Shown: positions 57,261 through 64,000 of the stretch, one piece after another | Layout: each line of letters opens with the position of its first letter | How positions within the stretch are numbered: the first letter of the stretch is position 1 | Assembly: GCA_963786935.1 (NCBI GenBank) | Contig: CAWBAN010000005.1 | Coordinates: forward strand, 32,001 to 96,000 | DNA: 64,000 nt | Direction: 5' to 3' | Source: an uncultured bacterium | GTDB taxonomy: Bacteria; Krumholzibacteriota; Krumholzibacteriia; Krumholzibacteriales; Krumholzibacteriaceae | Notes under the pieces: generated by a model | Seen by the model: only the letters and a program-made list of their open reading frames with translations | What the model was told of the DNA's origin: nothing | Databases searched by the model: none | Translations under genes and position numbers: made by a program

Positions 57261-58357
57261 CGAGACTCTCGACGATTCTCGCGCTCGTCTTCGCCGTGGG
57301 GCTCATCGCCGCCGTGTACGTCGGCGTTCTCTACTACGGCGAGGACGTCAAGACCGGCACGCCGAAGGTCGAAATCCGCGTCAGCCCCGGCATGTATCTC
57401 GGGGACGTCCAGCGGATGCTCGTCGACGCGAAGGTGCTCAAGCATCCTCATCTCTTCCGGTGGGTCGCCGTTCTCACGGGGAAGGACAAAAAGGTGCAGG
57501 CGGGGCGCTACGTGTTCCTGAACGGCATGAGCATCGACCGGATGCTCGACAAGCTCTCGCGGGCCGAGTTCGAGGTGACGCGTCTCACCGTGCCGGAGGG
57601 CTTCATGATCCGCGAAATCGCCGACGCGGTGCAGCGCGACGTCGAGATCGACTCGGCGCGGTTCGCCGAGACCGTCCGCGATCCCGAGTTCGCGCGGCAG
57701 CTCGGCATCAACGCGCCGACGCTCGAGGGATACCTTTACCCCGACACGTACCTCTTGAGCTGGCCGATCTCGTCGCGCGATCTCGCCCGTCTCATGGTGG
57801 AGCGGTTCCGTGAGGTCTATCGCGAAGAGGTCGCGAAGCGCGCGAACGAGGCGGGGCTTTCGACGAACGAGATCGTCGCGCTCGCATCGATCGTGCAGGC
57901 CGAAGCGCAGAACGAATCGGAGATGCGGCGCATCTCCGCCGTCTATCACAACCGCCTGCGCAAGGGGCTGCGGCTCGAGGCCGACCCGACGGTCGCCTAC
58001 GCCCTCGGCGGCGTGCGCCGCGGGCTCAAGTACAGCGATCTCAAGGTGGATTCGCCGTACAACACCTACCGGAACAAGGGGCTCCCGCCGGGCCCCATCT
58101 GCAGCCCCGGGCTCCCGGCGCTGCTCGCGGCGGTGCGGCCGCTCGAGGGATGCGAGGATCTCTATTTCGTCGCGACGGGGGACGGGAGCCATCTCTTTTC
58201 GAGAACGCACGAGGAGCATCTCAAAGCGAGGCGATACGCGAAACTGCTGCGGGAACAGATCGCGGCCGCGAAGGCGCTTCAGGACACGGTGAAAAATGAA
58301 GAACAGACGAAAAAGCCCGCCCCGGAGCCCGCGAAAGAAACAGGCGCCGGCAGGTAA
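57257..58357 (+). CDS. mltG: Endolytic transglycosylase MltG
   Basis: TVPEG, LEGYLYPDTY, LASIVQAE, L.ADPTV.Y, SPYNTY...GLPPGPI.SPG, H.FS.T..EH. Confidence 0.95.
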   Translation: MTRLSTILALVFAVGLIAAVYVGVLYYGEDVKTGTPKVEIRVSPGMYLGDVQRMLVDAKVLKHPHLFRWVAVLTGKDKKVQAGRYVFLNGMSIDRMLDKLSRAEFEVTRLTVPEGFMIREIADAVQRDVEIDSARFAETVRDPEFARQLGINAPTLEGYLYPDTYLLSWPISSRDLARLMVERFREVYREEVAKRANEAGLSTNEIVALASIVQAEAQNESEMRRISAVYHNRLRKGLRLEADPTVAYALGGVRRGLKYSDLKVDSPYNTYRNKGLPPGPICSPGLPALLAAVRPLEGCEDLYFVATGDGSHLFSRTHEEHLKARRYAKLLREQIAAAKALQDTVKNEEQTKKPAPEPAKETGAGR

Positions 58358-59204
58358 GCTCGCGAAGCTCGAGGGACTCGTCGCGGACTGCGGCGGGGCG
58401 CTCGTCGCCTTCTCGGGGGGCGTCGATTCGACGTTTCTCCTGAGCGTGGCGAAGGACGCGCTCGGCGCGAATCTCCTCGCCGTTACGGTCGTGTTCCCGG
58501 CAGTGCCCGCGGCCGAGGTCCGGCGCGCTCGCGCGCTCGCCCGGTCGCTCAAGGTGCGGCACCTCGTCGTCCGCGCTGACGACGTGGCCGATACGGAGCG
58601 CTTCCGGATGAATCCCCCCGACCGGTGCTATCACTGCAAGACGGCCATTCTATCGAAGCTCTCTTCGATCGCGCAGGCGCTCGGATTTCCCTGCATTCTC
58701 GAGGCGTCGAACGTCGACGACCTCGGGGATTACCGCCCGGGGCACCGGGCGGTGAAGGAGATCGGCGCGCGGAGCCCCCTCATCGAGGCCGGGCTCACGA
58801 AGGCGGATATCCGCGCCCTCTCGAAGGCGCGCGGCCTCCCGACGTGGAACAAGCCGTCCGCGGCATGCCTTGCGTCGAGGATCCCGTATGGCGAGACGAT
58901 CACGAGGGAAAAGCTCGCTCGCATCGAGAAGGGGGAGGCTTATCTCGCGAAGCTCGGCTTCGGGGCCGTTCGCCTGCGCCATCACGGCGACCTCGCGCGG
59001 ATCGAGGTTCCCGCGGGGGAGATTCCACGGCTCGCGAGCGGCGCACTGCGGGGCAGGATCGCCACAAAGCTGAAGGCCCTCGGCTTCCGGTACGTCACCT
59101 TCGACATCGAGGGGTTTCGCTCGGGCAGCATGAACGAGACGCTCCCTGGAGCCGGGAGTAAACGGGCGGCGATCCTGAAACGGGCGGCGCGGAAGCGTTC
59201 TTGA
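58296..59204 (+). CDS. larE: LarE-like ATP-dependent sulfur transferase
   Basis: AFSGGVDS PP-loop, RCYHCK, DD..DYRPG, KPS.ACLASRIPYG, GFRSGSMN. Confidence 0.92.
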   Translation: MKNRRKSPPRSPRKKQAPAGKLAKLEGLVADCGGALVAFSGGVDSTFLLSVAKDALGANLLAVTVVFPAVPAAEVRRARALARSLKVRHLVVRADDVADTERFRMNPPDRCYHCKTAILSKLSSIAQALGFPCILEASNVDDLGDYRPGHRAVKEIGARSPLIEAGLTKADIRALSKARGLPTWNKPSAACLASRIPYGETITREKLARIEKGEAYLAKLGFGAVRLRHHGDLARIEVPAGEIPRLASGALRGRIATKLKALGFRYVTFDIEGFRSGSMNETLPGAGSKRAAILKRAARKRS

Positions 59205-59228
59205 CATCGGCCGTTTAATGGCTATCAT
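59201..59228 (+). promoter_or_regulatory. sigma70 promoter overlapping the larE stop codon
   Basis: TTGACA-N16-TATCAT. Confidence 0.65.
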
Positions 59229-59272
59229 GGAAGAAGGATCATTTATCGACCCGATAAAGAGAGGACTCTGAA

Positions 59273-59428
59273 ATGCACGCCCTTCGAAAATACCGCCACG
59301 TTTTCATGGTCGCCGGACTCGTCGCGATCGTCGCCGGATACGTGTTCCTCGGCTACGGTTCCATCTCCCTCGCCCCGGTGCTCCTCGTCCTCGGATACTG
59401 CGTCCTCGTACCGATGGCGCTCCTCTAA
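59273..59428 (+). CDS. Small 51-aa two-TM protein (DUF3098-like), absent from the ORF track
   Basis: RBS GAGG; MHALRKYRHVFMVAGLVAIVAGYVFLGYGSISLAPVLLVLGYCVLVPMALL-stop; GC3-rich codons. Confidence 0.8.
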   Translation: MHALRKYRHVFMVAGLVAIVAGYVFLGYGSISLAPVLLVLGYCVLVPMALL

Positions 59429-59436
59429 GGCCTCGC

Positions 59437-59513
59437 GGGCGAATAGCTCAGTTGGTCAGAGCGCCTGCCTTACAAGCAGGAGGTCGCAGGTTCAAGTCCT
59501 GCTTCGCCCACCA
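59437..59513 (+). tRNA. tRNA-Val (TAC)
   Basis: GGGCGAATAGCTCAGTTGG...CCTGCCT-TAC-AAGCAGG...GGTTCAAGTCCTGCTTCGCCCACCA. Confidence 0.97.
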
Positions 59514-59708
59514 GATAATTCAAAAACTGCAAGATTTATTGAATCCTCTCTCACGTCCCATTCCGTATTGTTATTGGCAGGCGAGTAAGCCCTTGGTATT
59601 CGCCCCTGTCCCGACTCATTTGCGCTGGACATGAAATGGGAAAGCGACTAATTCTGAAAATCACGGACCGAGAGATACCGGGCTGCGGGGTCATTGAGGA
59701 TTGACGGA

Positions 59709-62518
59709 ATGCGGATACGCTTTTTAACGGGTGCGGTCATAGCGGCGATCGCCTGCCTCGCCGTGACGCCTCTGATCGGTGCGCCGAAGAATACCGCGAG
59801 GAATACCGCGCCGGCAAAGTCCGGCGCGGTTTCATACCATGCGCCGGAAAATCCGGGCGCGTCTTCCGTCTTCGCCCCGGGCCGATTCGTGGCGAGGGTA
59901 TGGAGCGGCGGTTCCGGACTGCCGGGAAGCAGCGTGCGGGCGCTGGCCATGACCGGGGACGGATTCATCTGGGCCGGCACCGAGGCCGGCCTCGCGCGGT
60001 TCGACGGCGTGAGCTTCACGGTGTTCGACCAGTGGAACACTCCCGCCCTCAAGGACAGCCGGATACTTTCCCTCTACAGAGCGGTCGACGGAGCGCTGTG
60101 GATCGGGACCGACGGAGGCGGACTCTGCGCCTTCGGCGAGCGGCGAATGGCGCTGCATCGGCGAAAAGGAGGGGCTCCGCAGCCCGCATGTGCGCTCGAT
60201 TGCCGGCGGCGGCGGACGGCTCTGGATCGGCACGGACTACGGCGTGCACCGTCTCGATGGAGAGAAGATCGAAGTTTTCGGCCTCGACGAAGGGCTTTCC
60301 AATAACATCATCACGTCGCTCGCGATCTCTCCGTCCGAGGACGGTCGTGAACGTCTCTGGGTGGGGACGATGTGGGGCGGTCTGGCGAGCATCGAAGACG
60401 GCGCCGCGCAGCTGTTCGATTTCAACGACGGTCTCGGGGATCTGTCGGTGCAGTCTCTCCTCGCCCGGCCCGGCGGGGATCTATGGATCGGGACGATGAA
60501 GGGGCTCTTCCGCCTTCCGGACAATGAAAAAAGGATCCGGTTTGTTCCGGGCGTGGACGATTGCCCCGTGACGGCGCTGGCCCCGGGGCCGGATGGGAGT
60601 CTGCTGGTCGGGACGATGACCGAGGGGCTGAAGATTCTCGCGGGATCGACGTTCACCGATCTGTTCGTCGATGACGACCTCGCCGACAGCCATGTCCGTG
60701 CGATCCTGGTGACGCCGGACGAATGTATATGGGTTGGAACCGAGTCGGGAGGACTCGTTCGACTCAAGGAGCGGACGGTTGGCTCTATCACCGTCGCCGA
60801 CGGGCTGCCCGAAGGATCGGTCTACGCCGTTCTCGAAGAGGGCCGGGGCAGCTTCTGGGTCGGCACCGAAAACAGCGGGCTCTGCCTGCTGCAGGGCGGA
60901 AAGGTCGTTCGCGTGATCGACAAGCGGGAGAGGCCTCGCGGGCGACATGGTGCGCGTGCTCTCCAAAGACAAGGCCGGCAGGCTCTGGGTGGGGACGATG
61001 GACGGCGGCATTTCGATCATCGACGGCGCACGGATACGGAACCTGACTGCGGCGGACGGGATTCCCTCGAATAATATCTCGGAGATTCTCTTCGACGACG
61101 GCGGCGGGCTGTTGATCGGCACGGAAAGGGGATTGTACGGCGGACGCGCCGACACGCCGCGCAATCTTTCCCCCGTCGCCGGTTTGGAGGGCCAGACGAT
61201 CCGCACCCTGTATCGCGGCGGCGACGGCGCGACGTACGCAGGAACGCGGAGCGGATTGTGGAGACTCGCCGGATCCTCGATCGAGAGGATCGGCGGAGCC
61301 GAGCTTGAGGCCGAGGTTCTTTCCGTTTACCGTGATACGCCCGGGACGATCTGGGCGGGGACGAACGGCGGCGGGCTGATGCGCGTTTCAGGAGGCAAGG
61401 TCCGGTCCTTCACCGTACGGGACGGTCTGCCGGGCAATTTCATCTTCAGCATCTACCGGCGGGAGCCGAATTCCGGCCCGCTCTGGATCAGCTGCGAGGC
61501 GGGTGTCTTCACCATCGACGCCGATTCGCTCGCCGCCTACGGCGAAGGCGGAACGAGGATCCTCGCGCCCACGCTCTACGACGAAAACGAAGGGATGCCC
61601 TCGAGCAGGTGCAACGGATACTGCGCTCCTTCCTTCTGCGTATCGAGCTCGGGGAAATCCTACTACCCCACCAATGGCGGCCTGGCGGTCTTCGATGGGG
61701 AAGCAGCGGCGGCCGGAACTCCGGCAGCCCCCGGGGCTCCGGCGGCGTCCGAGGCTCCGGCTGCCCCCCGCGTGATCCTCGAGCCGCCCATCGTGGAGAA
61801 CGCCCGCGTGGAGATAAGGTTCACCGCGATCGATTGGTCGGCTCCTGAGAAGGTCAGATTTCTCTATCGGCTCGAGGGATACGATCGGGATTTCAAAGCG
61901 GTTCATCCGGGGCAGCCGCGCCGCGCCGTTTACAGCGGCCTTCCCCCCGGGAAATATCGGTTCACGGTCAGGGCGATCGGCAACACGGGGCTGTGGAGCG
62001 AGGAAGCGGCGACGCCGGCCTTCGCCATCGAGCCGCCGTTCTATCGCAGGGCGGGTTTCATCGTTGTTGCGCTTCTGGCCGCGTCGCTTGCGGCGGGCGG
62101 GACGGTCGCTCTGGCGAGGCGCAGGAAGGCGCGCAGGCAGAGCCTGAAATACAGCACATCCTCGATAAGCGGCGAAAGGATGGATGAGGCGTACGAGACT
62201 CTGAGGGCTTTGATGGAGGAGGAAAAGGTATTCCTCGATCCCGATCTCACCCTGAAGAAGCTCGCCCAGAAGCTCAATATCCACTACAACCATCTCTCGC
62301 GGATCATAAACGAGAGATACGGCGAGAGCTTCAACACCTACATCAACCGTCACCGGATCGAGGAGGCGAAGAAGCGGCTCTCCGACCCGGCCTTCGCCGA
62401 TAAGAACATCCTCGAGATCATGCTGGAAACGGGATTCTACTCGAAATCGACCTTTAACACCGCTTTCAAGAAATTCACCGGGAAGAGCCCCTCCGATTTT
62501 CGCAAGAACAATTCCTGA
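59709..62518 (+). CDS. Beta-propeller/Y_Y_Y sensor fused via TM to an AraC HTH; two apparent frameshifts (about 60135 and 60929)
   Basis: Repeated LW.GT..GGL and GLP.N.I/V propeller motifs; YRLEGYD..F and Y.GLPPG.Y.F.VRA; TM; LSRIINE...F..YIN..RIEEAK, GFYSKSTFN.AFKK.TG.SPS.FR. Confidence 0.85.
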
Positions 62519-62674
62519 CGGCCGGCCCCCCTTTTCAGCGTTCTGAATGTCAATTAGAACCGTTTCGAGGTTCTACATTGCAACTCCGGGCGATCGGAAG
62601 GGGTCGAAATGCGTATCATTCGTGTACGAATTAATCGGGGACCGGGCTCGAAACTCTGACGCGGGAGGACGCGA

Positions 62675-63700
62675 ATGAAAAAGGGAATGACATTCGTCAT
62701 CTCCGCCATGTTCCTCGTGCTGGTTTGCGGAGCGGCCTTTGCAGCCGGCGTGGAAGAAGTCCACAAGAAATTCGAGGGGGTGAAGTCGGTAAGCCTCGAA
62801 ACGGTCAGCGGCGACTGTGTCGTGAAGACTCATAAGTCCGGCGAGGTCCTGGTCGACATCGAGTACGACGTCGACCCGGAAGGCTCGTTCGTGTACAGGA
62901 TGAACGAAAGAGGCGGCAAGCTGGTTCTCGAGGAGGACTGGGAGAGCAGGCACGGGGGGTCGATGAGCGGAGATGTGATGTGGACGATCACCATGCCGGA
63001 AGGGATGGATATCAAGTATTCCACTGCTTCGGGCGATCTGTCCGTCACCGGCCCGGTCGGAAGGGTCAAGGCGAGCACCGCTTCGGGGGACATCGAGATC
63101 GTGGACGCGAAAGGCGTCGTGGACGTTTCAACTGCGAGCGGCGATGTGCTGCTGAGAAACGTGGCCGGAGAAAATGATGTCTCGACGGCGAGCGGCGATA
63201 TCCGGATCGAGAACTCGTCCGACGATATCCATGCTTCCACGGCGAGCGGCCGTATCGAGGCCATCGGCGGCGCGGGTGACATGAATCTGAGCACCGCTTC
63301 GGGGGAGATCGATATCACCGATGCAAAGGGAGCATTCGATCTCAGCTGCGCCAGCGGAGAGATCACGGCGAAGGGAATCACCATCGACGGGGAGAGCGGT
63401 TTTTCCACGGCGTCCGGAAGCGTGGAGATCGTGCTCGCCGCCGCCAGCGAATACGATATCACCCTGTCGACCGCTTCAGGGGACATCACCCTGAGCTACA
63501 ACGGTAAGCCGGTCAAGGGATACTTCGAATTCGAGGCGAGGAAGAGAAAGGGACATATCAGCAGCCCCATCGCCTTCGAAAACGAGGAAGAGTTCGAGCA
63601 GCACGGCGATACCTATGTGAGAAAATCGTTCTCCGTGGGGGGAAAGTCGCCGTCGATCTATTTCAGCACGGCGTCCGGTTCGATCGTGCTCAAGAAATAG
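62675..63700 (+). CDS. DUF4097 family beta-strand repeat exported protein
   Basis: Signal peptide; about 10 STASG(D/E/S) repeats; RBS GGAGG. Confidence 0.88.
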   Translation: MKKGMTFVISAMFLVLVCGAAFAAGVEEVHKKFEGVKSVSLETVSGDCVVKTHKSGEVLVDIEYDVDPEGSFVYRMNERGGKLVLEEDWESRHGGSMSGDVMWTITMPEGMDIKYSTASGDLSVTGPVGRVKASTASGDIEIVDAKGVVDVSTASGDVLLRNVAGENDVSTASGDIRIENSSDDIHASTASGRIEAIGGAGDMNLSTASGEIDITDAKGAFDLSCASGEITAKGITIDGESGFSTASGSVEIVLAAASEYDITLSTASGDITLSYNGKPVKGYFEFEARKRKGHISSPIAFENEEEFEQHGDTYVRKSFSVGGKSPSIYFSTASGSIVLKK

Positions 63701-63731
63701 TTGCCGTCGATCTGATGAGTTCACGAGCACT

Positions 63732-63768
63732 GAGGATGACCCGGGATTCGCCCGGGTCATCCTCTTTT
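63732..63768 (+). terminator. Intrinsic terminator
   Basis: GAGGATGACCCGGG / CCCGGGTCATCCTC 14-bp stem plus TTTT. Confidence 0.85.
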
Positions 63769-63796
63769 CGGGGGGCCGGGCCGCTTCTCGAACAGA

Positions 63797-63830
63797 AGGT
63801 CGCAGGTTCAAGTCCCGCTTCGCCCGCCAG
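63797..63830 (+). repeat. Duplicated tRNA-Val 3' end (attR-like)
   Basis: AGGTCGCAGGTTCAAGTCCcGCTTCGCCCgCCAG versus 59481-59514 AGGTCGCAGGTTCAAGTCCtGCTTCGCCCaCCAG. Confidence 0.92.
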
Positions 63831-63850
63831 CGACATGGTCCGATTGATTA

Positions 63851-63880
63851 TTGACAGCTGTTCCGTTCGGCTCCTATAAT
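63851..63880 (+). promoter_or_regulatory. Consensus sigma70 promoter
   Basis: TTGACA-N18-TATAAT. Confidence 0.8.
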
Positions 63881-63938
63881 TCCCTTCGCCCCATTTCCAA
63901 AGAAAACATTGGATCGCTTCTGTTCTCGAGGAAACGGC

Positions 63939-64000
63939 ATGGTGTTGCGGAGAGCTGCTGCGGCGTCGACGGTGATCATCCTGCTGTGCGCATATCTGTG
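63939..64000 (+). CDS. Start of an exported protein (runs off window end)
   Basis: RBS GAGG, ATG, signal-peptide-like MVLRRAAAASTVIILLCAYL. Confidence 0.55.
   Translation, partial: MVLRRAAAASTVIILLCAYL

Larger units (their letters stand above)
59481..63830. mobile_element. tRNA-Val-anchored genomic islet, no integrase
   Basis: 34-bp repeat of the tRNA 3' end at both boundaries (32/34 identical). Confidence 0.7.

Noticed and set aside
63010..63500. Regularly spaced repeats resembling an array
   Set aside because: Degenerate coding repeats (STASG) of the DUF4097 protein, not CRISPR
63797..63830. A second complete tRNA-Val gene
   Set aside because: Only the T-arm and 3' acceptor strand are present; no D-arm or anticodon arm

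Overview
High-GC bacterial chromosomal window, probably from a diderm FCB-superphylum-type organism. This is inferred from FlgD/T9SS-like C-terminal domains, a YejM-like sulfatase and kinase-TolB_N-TPR paralogs; it is not a database result. It holds about 50 CDS and four tRNAs (Lys-CTT, His-GTG, Arg-TCT, Val-TAC). Housekeeping content: ssb, dinB, yggS-yggT-divIVA-yggU-punA, ileS-dksA-like-lspA-rluD, a STAS/RsbW/PP2C partner-switching trio, ruvX-mltG-larE, and an Rrf2-fprA-hcp nitrosative-stress cluster. Most notable: (1) a predicted extracytoplasmic, membrane-anchored TPR-CHAT (caspase-like) protease directly upstream of an ECF sigma factor and a zinc-finger transmembrane anti-sigma, which suggests CRISPR-independent caspase-gated sigma activation; (2) two integrase-less islets bounded by duplicated tRNA 3' ends (tRNA-Lys, about 1.7 kb; tRNA-Val, about 4.3 kb); (3) long or structured leaders in front of ileS and the RRM genes; (4) a DivIVA with a long disordered tail. 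Several genes carry clustered frameshifts that look at least partly like long-read assembly errors. No CRISPR array, rRNA, transposase or integrase was seen. All product calls come from motif recognition by eye.
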